In this document: piece after piece, positions 10,279 to 22,269 of the stretch
Layout: each line of letters opens with the position of its first letter
How positions within the stretch are numbered: the stretch's first letter is position 1
Assembly (NCBI GenBank): GCA_038060895.1
Contig: JBBTCT010000027.1
Coordinates: 94,000 to 157,999 of the forward strand
Length of the DNA: 64,000 bases
DNA from: Planctomycetota bacterium
GTDB lineage: Bacteria > Planctomycetota > MHYJ01 > WSZJ01
Direction of reading: 5' to 3'
Notes under the pieces: model-generated
Seen by the model: only the letters and a program-made list of their open reading frames with translations
Told to the model about the DNA's origin: nothing
Database searches by the model: none
Program-made: the position numbers and the translations under genes

Positions 10279-11285
10279 AAACGGTGATCGTGGCGGCGCT
10301 GGCCGCGGTTCTCACGGGGTGCGCGACGCAGGAGAGAGCGCAGGAGGTGGAAACTAACAAGCCCGCCGCGCCGCCGGCCGAGACCGAAGTCCGCGCGGGG
10401 AGGGAACCCGATCCCCCGCCTGCGGCTGCCGCGGGAGGCAACGCCGCGGGCGACCCAGGTCCCGGCGAACAGCCTTTACTTGGACTGCCGGAAGTGGTCG
10501 CCGAGATGGACGGTCACAAAATCACCCGGGAGGAGTTCCTCCGCCGGTCGGTCGAATGGTATGGCCGCGAAGTCCTCGAAGAGATGATCCTGCGCTACGT
10601 GTTCGAGTGCGCGATCAAGGACAGCGGAGCGTCGTTCACGCCGAAGGAACTCACCGCCCGGGTCGACATGGAAATCCAGGCGAGGGAGCGTGAGACACAG
10701 CAGAAGTACAAAATCTCGCTGAATGAGTACCTCGAGAAGCTGGGAAAAACGGTGGATCAGCTCCGAACTGAGATGGAGAAGAACGAGGACCTGCAGCGGC
10801 AGATCCTGCTGGAGTACATGCTCGGATACGCCTACCTCACCGAGCCCCGGGTTTCGCTTTCGCACATCGTCGTCGGGGACGCAGGCAAGGCCGAGGCCCT
10901 TCGCAAGAAGGTGAAAGACGGGGCCGATTTCGCAAAGCTGGCCCAGACAGAATCCGACGACGCCGCTTCAGCGCCGAACGGGGGAAAACTCTCCGAATTC
11001 ATCCGCGGCATGACGCGGCTGGACCCGAAATTCGAGGACGCCGCCTTCGCCCTTCAGAATCCCGGCGAGCTGTCTCCGGTCGTGAAGACCGACATGGGAT
11101 ACCACATCCTGAGGCTGAACCAGCGGTTCCCGGCCAATCCCCAGACGTTCGAGAAGCTGCGGGAGCAGATCAGGGCCATGCAAAAGGAGCGAACGGCGCT
11201 CGATTCGTTCATGAGGCGCCTGCGGAAACAGTACGTGAAGGGGCTGCGGTACGCAGTTCCGGACCTCGCACCAAAGGCCAAGTAG
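10275..11285 (+). CDS. Parvulin/PpiC-type peptidyl-prolyl isomerase lipoprotein (PrsA/SurA-like foldase)
   Basis: Lipobox LTGC; SHIVV, DFAKLAQTESDD, NGGKL, FEDAAFAL, SPVVKTDMGYHIL. Confidence 0.85.
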   Translation: MKTVIVAALAAVLTGCATQERAQEVETNKPAAPPAETEVRAGREPDPPPAAAAGGNAAGDPGPGEQPLLGLPEVVAEMDGHKITREEFLRRSVEWYGREVLEEMILRYVFECAIKDSGASFTPKELTARVDMEIQARERETQQKYKISLNEYLEKLGKTVDQLRTEMEKNEDLQRQILLEYMLGYAYLTEPRVSLSHIVVGDAGKAEALRKKVKDGADFAKLAQTESDDAASAPNGGKLSEFIRGMTRLDPKFEDAAFALQNPGELSPVVKTDMGYHILRLNQRFPANPQTFEKLREQIRAMQKERTALDSFMRRLRKQYVKGLRYAVPDLAPKAK

Positions 11286-11402
11286 AGGGGGCCGTCCGGA
11301 TGCAAAGATTCAATTTGTATGCGTTGCGAATTCTTTAAGTTCCTTATTTGTTCTAGTCGAAAGACTGGTGGCTGATATAGTCACTCTGCTGAAAGGAACC
11401 CC

Positions 11403-11828
11403 ATGCCGGCCAAGACTCACCAGAAAGAACTGACGTTTGCCTGCGACCCGCGCCACCTCGTCGATATCCGTGCGGCCGTCCAGTCGATGTGGTCCGATCG
11501 CGGCCTTGCCGAACGTGACGGACGCCTCGTCACCCTGGCCGTGGACGAAGCCCTCGCTTCCATCATCGACCACGCCCGCGGGACCAACCGCCAGGGCGAC
11601 ATCAAGATCTCGATCGACCTCGACGAAACCCGCTTCAGGGCCGTCATCGACGACTTCACCAACCACTGCGATTCCTCCGGCATGATGGAGAACGAGCTGA
11701 GGGCGCACCTGGAGAACGAGCGGAAGCACCAGATGGGGATTTTCCTGATGCGCGAAGTCATGGACGAAGTGAACTACACGTACCGGAAGGGGTTCCAGAA
11801 CGAGCTGACCCTGGTGAAGTTCGTATAA
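11403..11828 (+). CDS. Anti-sigma factor / Ser kinase-like ATP-binding protein (RsbW, HATPase_c_2)
   Basis: LAVDEALASIIDHA, GIFLMREVMDEVNY, NELTLVK; the N-box Asn is replaced by Ser. Confidence 0.8.
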   Translation: MPAKTHQKELTFACDPRHLVDIRAAVQSMWSDRGLAERDGRLVTLAVDEALASIIDHARGTNRQGDIKISIDLDETRFRAVIDDFTNHCDSSGMMENELRAHLENERKHQMGIFLMREVMDEVNYTYRKGFQNELTLVKFV

Positions 11829-11846
11829 AGCTCCCGTTGCACCTTC

Positions 11847-11879
11847 AAACGCCGGCCAAATGGCCGGCGTTTTTGTTTT
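11847..11879 (+). terminator. Rho-independent terminator
   Basis: AAACGCCGGCCA-AA-TGGCCGGCGTTT followed by a T-rich tail. Confidence 0.8.
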
Positions 11880-11933
11880 GGCGGGACCCATTGGATTGCT
11901 TCTGGCACCCCGCCCGGTAGAATTCGCGCCCCC

Positions 11934-12803
11934 ATGACGATCCGAAGCGAAGCCTACCTGCGCGCCATCCTCGAGCACTCCGGGGACGCGATCGTCACGA
12001 CCGACGCCGCGGGGAATGTCGCGGAGTGGAATCCCGCCGCGGAGAACCTGTTCGGCTGGAAGCGCGACGAAATCATGGGGCAGCCGGCGGAGGCGATCTG
12101 GGAGGAGCCGGAGGAAAGGCGCAAGCTGCTCCGGCTGATCGAAAAGAAGGGACGCGTGGTCGATTACGAGACTCGGGCCAAGTCCCGGGACGGCCGGTCG
12201 ATCGACGTCTCGGTCACGATGTCGCAGCTGCGCGACGAGGCCGGCAAGCTTCTGGGGACCATCGGAATCTCCAAGGACATCCGCCGGCGGAAGCGGCTGG
12301 AGCGCGAGCTCAAGCGGCTGGCGATTACCGATTCCCTGACCGGGCTCTATAACCGCGCGCACTTCAATGAGCGCGTCGTCGAAGAGGTCGAGCGCGCCAG
12401 GCGCATGAAGCACCCGCTGTCCATGGCTCTCGCGGACCTGGACGGATTCAAGGAGTACAACGATTCCCAGGGGCACCAGGCGGGAGACGGGGCGCTCCGG
12501 AAGGTCGGGCGCGCTGCGCTGACCACCCTGCGCCGCCACGTCGACCTCGCGTTCCGCTACGGGGGGGACGAGTTCGTTTTCATCTTCCCGGAAGTGGACA
12601 TCGAAGCGGGACGCACCGCAGCCGAGCGGCTGCGCGTCCGGGTCGAACAGGAGGTCGGGCCCGCCATCACGGCCTCAATCGGCGTCTCGGCCATGAAGGA
12701 CGGCATGTCCTCACGCGAACTTGTCCGCGCGGCCGACCTTGCGATGTACCGCGCGAAGGCGAGCGGAGGCAACCGCGTCAGCGCCGGCGGCGCGAAGGCG
12801 TAG
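11934..12803 (+). CDS. PAS-GGDEF diguanylate cyclase
   Basis: PAS/PAC (WNPAAENLFGW...IGISKDI), TDSLTGLYNR, DLDGFKEYND..GH..GD, I-site RHVD, RYGGDEF. Confidence 0.92.
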   Translation: MTIRSEAYLRAILEHSGDAIVTTDAAGNVAEWNPAAENLFGWKRDEIMGQPAEAIWEEPEERRKLLRLIEKKGRVVDYETRAKSRDGRSIDVSVTMSQLRDEAGKLLGTIGISKDIRRRKRLERELKRLAITDSLTGLYNRAHFNERVVEEVERARRMKHPLSMALADLDGFKEYNDSQGHQAGDGALRKVGRAALTTLRRHVDLAFRYGGDEFVFIFPEVDIEAGRTAAERLRVRVEQEVGPAITASIGVSAMKDGMSSRELVRAADLAMYRAKASGGNRVSAGGAKA

Positions 12804-14522
12804 TTACTCGCCCGGCGGTTTCGGCGGGACCGGCGGGGCCTGCGGCCAGTGCTTCAGTTTCTCGACCGCCTCGTCGATCCTCGTCTTTTCATCGCCTGAA
12901 GCGCTCGCCGACTTTCGCTTCAGATCGCGGATCGCCGCTTCCCGGATCGAATTGGCCTCGGCCTTCGCAGATCGCTCGGCGAGGGTCCATTTGTGGCTGG
13001 CGTAGAACGTCTGAAGCGCGTTGAGGGCGTCCACGTAATCGCCTCCGACCATACTGAGGTGGACGTCGTGCAGGACGGCGTCGTACCGGATCCTCGCCTT
13101 GATCTCCCAGAAGGCCGCGAATCCGACCGCAGAGATGATCAACCCGAAAAATGTCGCCCAGACCAGGCGGCGGAACAGCGCCTTCCGGCGGGTCAGTCGC
13201 CCGCTCCGGATGTCCGAAATGCGCTGTTTCAGGTCGGTCCTGGCCGGATCGAGCTTGTTCGCACGCTCGAGAATCACCACTTTCTCGTCGTCGCCGGACA
13301 CCCGGTCCGCCATCGCCTCAAGCTGCCGGACCGCTTCCGTTTTGCGACCGAGAGCGAGAAGGGTCTCGAGCCGGAGCTCCTGCGCCGGCTTGCTCGCGGG
13401 GTCGAGCTCGACCGCGATGTTGAGCGCGGACAGCGCCCGGTCGTGGAGGAGCATTTTCCTCGCCTGCATCGCCAGGCCGAGGGCTGCGGAAGCGGCGTCG
13501 GCGCGCTGGCCGGTGTCCCGGAGGAGCTGCACCAGTTTTTCGCGTGCTGCGGCGTCGTCCGGCGCGCAGGCGACCGCCTTCTTGTAGAGGGACACCGCGA
13601 CCAGCGCTTCTCCCTTTTCCTGGGCCCGGTGAGCCAGCTGCTTGTACTCGCCTGCCGCTTTTGCCGGCTCGCCGTGGCGGATGTAGGCCTCCGCCAGCTT
13701 TTCGCGGACGCCAACGTTTGCATGCTCCGTGTCGAGGGCACGCTGGAAAAGACGGATCGCTTCGGCCGTGCGCGACGCCCGGGAATGTTCTTCGCCCAGG
13801 CGGACCATTTCGTCGCCCGACAGGGCGCGGAGGTGCCCTCCCCGCACCAGTTCCGAAACGGCGTCGTAGGTCGAGAACCGCGTGGACCGAGTCGCCTTTT
13901 CGAGCATGCGCACGGTGTTCGCCCCGTTGCACTGGTCCCAGACGGCCTGCATCAGGGGCGAAAGGCCCTGTGGAGGCTCAGGACGGCGGCGAATGAAAAT
14001 GTCCTCGGGCGAAGCGATGACCTTGTGGATCATCTCCCAATGGTCGCGCCGGCGCGCCGCTTCCATGATCAGGCTGTTGACATCGAGCACGACGCCGAAT
14101 TCCTCGCCGAAGAGCTCTGCGGAGGGGGGGCCCGGGACGAAGTCGAATTTTGCGGGAGACCAGAAGAAGATCTCGACGGAGTTCTCCGTGAGCTCGGCGG
14201 AAAGCAGCCCGCGGAACTGGTCCGCACCCATGGCGCCCTGCGCCTCGGCAAACTCGGCCCACGATTTCTTCGTGCGGCGCTTCTTTTTCACCAGCGACTC
14301 GACGTCCTCCGCGCCCGGGGGAACCCGATTCCGGAAGACCTCTTCCGCGGTCAGCGCCTTGTTGACTCCCCGCGAAAACGACTTCACGGCTCCGCCTTCG
14401 AACGCGAGCCAGGCTTCCCCTCGCTCGCTGGACACATGAAGCGTGCCTGCGAGCTGGTTGGCGGCGATGGAACCGAGGACATCGGCGAGGCCGATCTGGC
14501 CGACGTCACCCTGGAAAGCCAT
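12804..14522 (-). CDS. DUF4388 (PatA-N-like) domain, TPR-repeat membrane protein
   Basis: MAFQGDVGQIGLADVL...GTLHV, SLIMEAARRRDHW, TPR helices and one transmembrane segment near the C-terminus; start moved to ATG 14522. Confidence 0.75.
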   Translation of the reverse strand: MAFQGDVGQIGLADVLGSIAANQLAGTLHVSSERGEAWLAFEGGAVKSFSRGVNKALTAEEVFRNRVPPGAEDVESLVKKKRRTKKSWAEFAEAQGAMGADQFRGLLSAELTENSVEIFFWSPAKFDFVPGPPSAELFGEEFGVVLDVNSLIMEAARRRDHWEMIHKVIASPEDIFIRRRPEPPQGLSPLMQAVWDQCNGANTVRMLEKATRSTRFSTYDAVSELVRGGHLRALSGDEMVRLGEEHSRASRTAEAIRLFQRALDTEHANVGVREKLAEAYIRHGEPAKAAGEYKQLAHRAQEKGEALVAVSLYKKAVACAPDDAAAREKLVQLLRDTGQRADAASAALGLAMQARKMLLHDRALSALNIAVELDPASKPAQELRLETLLALGRKTEAVRQLEAMADRVSGDDEKVVILERANKLDPARTDLKQRISDIRSGRLTRRKALFRRLVWATFFGLIISAVGFAAFWEIKARIRYDAVLHDVHLSMVGGDYVDALNALQTFYASHKWTLAERSAKAEANSIREAAIRDLKRKSASASGDEKTRIDEAVEKLKHWPQAPPVPPKPPGE

Positions 14523-14687
14523 GCGAGGGGGCCCTGAGAAGAGGAGGGTGCATTCTCGCGGGAGTGGCGGCGGCGGGGAAGTGAAAGGGGGCACCCCCGA
14601 CTGGCGCCGCTTGCATTCTCGCCGCCAATTTCCGAACATTTCCGCATGAACCGCATCGCTGCCGTCCCTCTCCGGCCGGAAACGAAC

Positions 14688-15971
14688 ATGACACGCAAAG
14701 CCGCACCGACGATTTCGTCGCGCGCCCCTGCCGTTCTCGCGCCCGTCCTCGGATGGGCGACTTCGCTCGGAGCCGTGCGGGCGTCGGGCTGCCAGGTCGA
14801 ATGCGACGACGGCCGGACGTACCTGGACTTTGCCTGCGGCACGGCGACGCTGGCACTGGGCCACTGCCACCCGGCCGTCGTCGAGGCCGTCGAAAAACAG
14901 GTCCGCACGCTGATGCATACCGGCGGAGTTTTTTACCACGAGCCCATGGTGAAGCTTGGGGAGGCCCTGCTTTCCATCATGCCCGAGGGGCTCGACCGGT
15001 TCTTCTTCTCGAATTCAGGAACCGAAGCGATCGAGGGCGCATTCAAGCTTGCGCGCTATGCCACGGGCCGCCAGGCCGTGATCGCGTTCTCCGGAGGCTT
15101 CCACGGCCGCACCATGGGCGCGCTGTCGCTCACTTCGAGCGCCGCCAAGTACCGCCGCAAATACCGCCCGCTCGTCCCCGAGGTTGTTCACGTTCCGTTC
15201 CCGTCGGCATTCCGGGCCGGGAGCGAAGAAGCGGCGACGCGTGCGACGCTCGCGGAAATCCAGGACATGTTCGAGTCGCGCCTTTCGCCCGACGAAGTCG
15301 CGGCGATCGTTCTTGAGCCCATCCAGGGCGAAGGCGGCTACACCCCGGCTCCGAAGCGCTTCCTGCAGGAGATCCGCAAGCTCTGCGACAAGCATGGCAT
15401 CCTGCTGGTTTTCGACGAGGTCCAGTCCGGTTTTGGCCGCACCGGCGAGTGGTTTGCGGCGCAACATTTTGATGTCTCCCCCGACATCATGGCGGTCGCG
15501 AAGGCCATAGGCGGCGGACTCCCGCTCGGGGCGGTGTGCGCGAAGGCCTCCATCATGGAGAAATGGGAAAAGGGAGCGCACGGAACGACCTTCGGAGGGA
15601 ATCCGGTGGCATGCGCCGCGGCGCTGGCGGTCATCGAGACGATGAAGAAGGAAAAGATCCTCGAGAAGGCGCGCGTTGCCGGAAAGCATTCGACCGAGCG
15701 CCTGCTAACGCTCAAGGCAGAGTGCGCGGTCATCGGCGACGTGCGGGGCCCGGGGCTTATGATCGGGATCGAGTTCGTGAAGAACGGCCGCGAGCCGAAT
15801 GCGGAGCTTGTCGAGGTAGTGCGCAAGAAGTGCCAGGACGCGGGGCTCGTGCTCCTCTACTGCGGTCAGGCGCACAACGTCATCCGGTTCATTCCGCCGC
15901 TGAACGTGAAAAAGACCGATCTTGACCGGGGTCTCGACATTCTCAGGGATTCGCTGAAGTCGAGCCTCTGA
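14688..15971 (+). CDS. Class-III PLP aminotransferase (4-aminobutyrate/acetylornithine aminotransferase-like)
   Basis: LGHCHP, NSGTEAIE, GFHGRTMG, EPIQGEGG, FDEVQSGFGRTG, AKAIGGG, HGTTFGGNP. Confidence 0.88.
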   Translation: MTRKAAPTISSRAPAVLAPVLGWATSLGAVRASGCQVECDDGRTYLDFACGTATLALGHCHPAVVEAVEKQVRTLMHTGGVFYHEPMVKLGEALLSIMPEGLDRFFFSNSGTEAIEGAFKLARYATGRQAVIAFSGGFHGRTMGALSLTSSAAKYRRKYRPLVPEVVHVPFPSAFRAGSEEAATRATLAEIQDMFESRLSPDEVAAIVLEPIQGEGGYTPAPKRFLQEIRKLCDKHGILLVFDEVQSGFGRTGEWFAAQHFDVSPDIMAVAKAIGGGLPLGAVCAKASIMEKWEKGAHGTTFGGNPVACAAALAVIETMKKEKILEKARVAGKHSTERLLTLKAECAVIGDVRGPGLMIGIEFVKNGREPNAELVEVVRKKCQDAGLVLLYCGQAHNVIRFIPPLNVKKTDLDRGLDILRDSLKSSL

Positions 15972-16336
15972 TGCCGAAAGCCGGCGAATCGTTCAAGATC
16001 TTCGTCCTGGACCAGCTGGCCGGATTTCGCGGCGTCGAGGCCCGCCCTATGTTCGGCGGATGGGGGCTGTACGCCGGGGGAGTTTTCTTCGGAATGGTCT
16101 GGAAGGGCGGCGCGTTTCTCCGTGTCGATGAGGAATCCGTGGCGGAGTTCAGGGCTCGGGGAGCCAAGCCGTTCGATCCCCTCAAGGGTCGCCCGATGAA
16201 GAACTACTTCGCGGTCCCCGTGGACGTCCTCGAGGACGCGGACCAGTTCACCGTGTGGTCGCGGCGCGCGCTGGCCGCTTCAAAAGTCGCGCGGACTCCG
16301 CGAACAAGGAAGGCATCGAAACGCTCCGCGAGATAG
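15971..16336 (+). CDS. TfoX/Sxy N-terminal domain protein
   Basis: FVLDQL..RPMFGGWGLY..FFG..YFAVPVDVLED. Confidence 0.8.
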   Translation: MPKAGESFKIFVLDQLAGFRGVEARPMFGGWGLYAGGVFFGMVWKGGAFLRVDEESVAEFRARGAKPFDPLKGRPMKNYFAVPVDVLEDADQFTVWSRRALAASKVARTPRTRKASKRSAR

Positions 16337-16344
16337 CGAGTCGT

Positions 16345-16770
16345 TCAAGCCGGAACGGATGAGAGACAGTGCCCGCATTTTTTCGCCTTGACCGGGATTA
16401 CCATCGCGCACTCGGCGCACGCCTTGGTCGCTGCGGGTGGTGCCGGGGCTTCTTCCTTGTTGCGCATGTTCTGAAGCGTGTTGGCTGCCTTGACCAGCAG
16501 AAAGACTGCCAGCGCCACGATCAGAAAATCGAACACGCTCTGCAGGAAGCTCCCGTACTTCACCAGTACCGGTTTCCCGTCCTTGCCGTCGGCCAGTTTG
16601 ATGGCCAGGTCGACAAAGTTCACCTTCCCGATGGCCATGCCGACCGGCGGCATGACGATGTCCGTCACAAACGAAGTCACAATTTTCCCGAACGCAGCGC
16701 CGACGATGATCCCGACGGCGAGGTCGAGCACGCTTCCGCGCAGGACGAACTGACGGAATTCTTTCAACAT
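16345..16770 (-). CDS. mscL: Large-conductance mechanosensitive channel with C-terminal zinc ribbon
   Basis: MLKEFRQFVLRGSVLDLAVGIIVGAAFGKIVTSFV.DI.MP, YGSFL..FLI; tail CAEC..CGHC. Confidence 0.92.
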   Translation of the reverse strand: MLKEFRQFVLRGSVLDLAVGIIVGAAFGKIVTSFVTDIVMPPVGMAIGKVNFVDLAIKLADGKDGKPVLVKYGSFLQSVFDFLIVALAVFLLVKAANTLQNMRNKEEAPAPPAATKACAECAMVIPVKAKKCGHCLSSVPA

Positions 16771-16801
16771 TGGCTGATCTCCGTTGTGGTGTGTCCGGGC
16801 T

Positions 16802-17803
16802 TCAAAATTTGTATCCGAGGGTGGCGAAGTAAAGGACGTCGTGCCTGAAGTTGTGCGCGGGCGCCTCGTGATCGTAGTCCCAGATCGCCCCGATCCTCAT
16901 CGTCCATCCCTTCCCCAAACCTGCAGAAATCGACGCTTCATCGCGTGCCTGCCAGTTCTTGCCACGCTCGAAGTTCGGGTAGAAGGTCAGGTCGTTGACG
17001 AAGACGAGGCCGAGGAACAGGTCCTGGCGGAAGTGAACGAAGATGCGCGCGCCCAGGTGTCCTTCGTCCGGCGAATTCCTGTAGTCATTGGTCATGTAGG
17101 CAGGACCGACTTCGGCCGAGAGATCGGTGTGGTCGGCCTTGATGAAGTCGTACCCGACGCCGACGCTCGTGACGGTCCCGACGCGGAGGTCCTTTGAGAA
17201 GTCGTGGAGGACCTCCTCGCTGATGTACCCGTAAAACCTCTCCGTGAACTTGTACGCGTACTTGATAAGTCCGTAGGCTTTCCGGTCGGTCGTGACTCCC
17301 CGCTCGCGCCCGTAACGGAAATCGGCCCGGATCTGGAACTTGTCATGCTCCGTTTCGCGCAGCAGGTTGATCGCCCCGAGCCCGCTGATCTTGCGTGAGT
17401 TTCCCCCTGTCTGGTAGTAGCCGAGATCAATCGACCCGTGCCAGGTGGTCGGCGTCTCGTTGATATTCGCGACCTTCGCAGGATCCACTTCAACGGGCCC
17501 CTTCAGCGTTTCTCCTTCGACCTTCAGCGCCCCGGCATCGGTCGTGGACACTTTTCCCTCGATCAGCTGCCCGTCGGCAAGCTTCAGCCTGACCGCGTCT
17601 CCTGTGGACAGCGACTGCACCTGCGCCCAGTCGATCAGCACTTCACCCGCATACGCCGTTTTGAATTTCAGCTTTCCGCCGTTCATGTCCACGACGGTGC
17701 CGCTGAGACGGTCTCCGTTTTTCAGGGTGACGATGTCTTCGGCGGAAGCGGCGACGCCGAGCAGCAGGAGCAGGGCTAGAGTAAACCGCGCGTTCATGGG
17801 CAT
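16802..17803 (-). CDS. DUF481 outer-membrane beta-barrel protein
   Basis: Signal peptide, DIVTLKNGDRLSG N-domain, amphipathic strands, GVGYDF and C-terminal LGYKF beta-signal. Confidence 0.8.
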   Translation of the reverse strand: MPMNARFTLALLLLLGVAASAEDIVTLKNGDRLSGTVVDMNGGKLKFKTAYAGEVLIDWAQVQSLSTGDAVRLKLADGQLIEGKVSTTDAGALKVEGETLKGPVEVDPAKVANINETPTTWHGSIDLGYYQTGGNSRKISGLGAINLLRETEHDKFQIRADFRYGRERGVTTDRKAYGLIKYAYKFTERFYGYISEEVLHDFSKDLRVGTVTSVGVGYDFIKADHTDLSAEVGPAYMTNDYRNSPDEGHLGARIFVHFRQDLFLGLVFVNDLTFYPNFERGKNWQARDEASISAGLGKGWTMRIGAIWDYDHEAPAHNFRHDVLYFATLGYKF

Positions 17804-17861
17804 CTCTCTCCGGGATCGGGTTCGGAAAGGAAGACTATTGCGGTATGCATCCCATTCAATG

Positions 17862-17885
17862 AAAAAGGCCGCCCCGAGGGCGGCC
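17862..17885 (-). terminator. Terminator of the thiC-thi4 operon
   Basis: Minus strand reads GGCCGCCC-TCG-GGGCGGCC-TTTTT. Confidence 0.75.
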
Positions 17886-17906
17886 CGTGGAATCCCGGAG
17901 ATCAAA

Positions 17907-19175
17907 TCAGGGTTTCTTTTTGAAGAAGCGGCTGGTGCTGCCGCGCATCCAGCGATTTGTCTCGGGATTGACCGTCGGAATTCCCGGGTCCGGCGGGGCC
18001 ACTGGCGGAGCATTCAGCGACTGGCTCGGCGGATTCGACGGCGAGCCGCTCTGGGCCTGCGCAACGGGAACGGCGGGGAGGCCGCCGCTGCTGGGCGTCT
18101 GGCTCGGCCGGGCCGGCACCTGCGCCGTGACCGCAGGCTGAAACCCGCTCGGCGTGCGCGTGCCGGAAGCCGGTGTTCCCGGGGCCGGGATGCTGGAGCC
18201 AGGGAATCGACCGGTGGTGACGGGGGCGGCAGGAAGCGACGCCACGCTGCCGAACGACTTGGTCGGCGCAACCGGCGTCGGAGCGCCGGGCGGCGGCGGG
18301 AGCTTGACCTGGACGATGCCGGCGGCCGCGGCCGCGCTGGCCGCCGCCGTCTTGTAACTCTGCGTCGCCGAAGGCGCGGCGGGACGCCGGAGCTTCAGCA
18401 CGATCTGCTCCGCGGCCCTTTCGCCCGAAAGCAGCATCGCGCCGAACGCCGGTCCCATGCGCGGCGTGCCGTGCACCGCAGCGACCGCCAGCCCGCAGAC
18501 CCAGAGATTCGGGAGATACTCGCCCGTCCGCTTCACGACCTCCTCCTCCGACTCCTCGATCCACATCGCCCCGTTTCCGGGCGGCTTCGCACAGATGTTC
18601 CGCTTCGCCAGGATGTTTACGACGGAAGCGTCGTGCCCGGTCGCATCCACGACGATGTGCGCTTCGAGCGGGATCGGGTCCACGTGCGCCGTGCCGCTGG
18701 GCATGCTGTAGAGAGGTGCGTAATTGACGACGAGCCCGTCGAGACGGTTCTCGCGCCAGACCACGTCGCGCACCACCGTCAGGTTCAGGAACTTCGCTCC
18801 CGCCGCGTAGCACGCCGCGATCAGCGCCGCCGTCGCGTGCGGCGGGTCGCACAGGATGATGCCGCTGCCGGCGTCCTGAAGCGGAACCCGGAGCTCTTCC
18901 AGAATCCGGTCGGCCGGCTTGCGGATGGCGGCCTTGTTCGACATGTACCCGCCGTTCCAGAAGCCGCCGCCGAGGTGGTTGCACTGTTCGACGACGACGA
19001 CCTTGAGTCCCTGGCGCGCGAGATTCAGCGCGCAGCACAGCCCGCTCGGCCCGGCGCCGACGACCAGCACTTCGGACTGGATCATCTGGTCAAAATGGTC
19101 GGCCCACGACCGCGTAATTGCCCGGGTGACGTCTGCTTCGCGCCCCTCGGATTGAAAGAATTTGCCGGTTGCCAT
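17907..19175 (-). CDS. thi4: Thi4 adenylated thiazole synthase (non-Cys, sulfide-dependent type) with long low-complexity C-terminal tail
   Basis: VGAGPSGL, LGGGFWNGG, HVDP, DATGHD, GTPRMGP.FGAMLLSG; lies directly downstream of thiC. Confidence 0.9.
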   Translation of the reverse strand: MATGKFFQSEGREADVTRAITRSWADHFDQMIQSEVLVVGAGPSGLCCALNLARQGLKVVVVEQCNHLGGGFWNGGYMSNKAAIRKPADRILEELRVPLQDAGSGIILCDPPHATAALIAACYAAGAKFLNLTVVRDVVWRENRLDGLVVNYAPLYSMPSGTAHVDPIPLEAHIVVDATGHDASVVNILAKRNICAKPPGNGAMWIEESEEEVVKRTGEYLPNLWVCGLAVAAVHGTPRMGPAFGAMLLSGERAAEQIVLKLRRPAAPSATQSYKTAAASAAAAAGIVQVKLPPPPGAPTPVAPTKSFGSVASLPAAPVTTGRFPGSSIPAPGTPASGTRTPSGFQPAVTAQVPARPSQTPSSGGLPAVPVAQAQSGSPSNPPSQSLNAPPVAPPDPGIPTVNPETNRWMRGSTSRFFKKKP

Positions 19176-19177
19176 GA

Positions 19178-22088
<2,911 letters not shown>

Positions 22089-22092
22089 CCGC

Positions 22093-22269
22093 GTGGACTA
22101 CGTGATTATGGCGGTGTGGGCCGGTGCACTCGTTGCAGCGATGCTCATATTCCTGAAGTGGCCGGCGACGTCCGGGGATTCGCGACGTGATCCCAATTGC
22201 GGCCAGGAAGATCCCGACTACGGGGATTCGCCAGGTGATCCGAATTCCGGCCAGGAAGATCCCGACTGA
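22093..22269 (+). CDS. Small membrane protein with duplicated acidic 16-aa tail
   Basis: Hydrophobic N-terminus YVIMAVWAGALVAAMLIFLKW, then GDSRRDPNCGQEDPDY/GDSPGDPNSGQEDPD. Confidence 0.45.
   Translation: MDYVIMAVWAGALVAAMLIFLKWPATSGDSRRDPNCGQEDPDYGDSPGDPNSGQEDPD
22173..22268 (+). repeat. 48-bp tandem duplication
   Basis: 22173-22220 and 22221-22268 are identical at 43 of 48 positions. Confidence 0.9.

Noticed and set aside
11353-11384. CTAGTC-GAAA-GACTGG hairpin resembling c-di-GMP-I riboswitch P2
   Set aside because: The flanking GGCAAA and GACGCAAAG elements and P3 are absent; probably promoter-region sequence.
14688-15971. Aminotransferase as the missing BioA
   Set aside because: Motifs (FHGRT, EPIQGEGG, DEVQSG, HGTTFGGNP) are GabT/ArgD-like rather than BioA-like (YHGDT, DEIATG), and it is 7 kb from the bio genes.
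22173-22268. Possible mini CRISPR array
   Set aside because: Two adjacent units with no spacer, length a multiple of 3 inside an ORF, and no cas genes.
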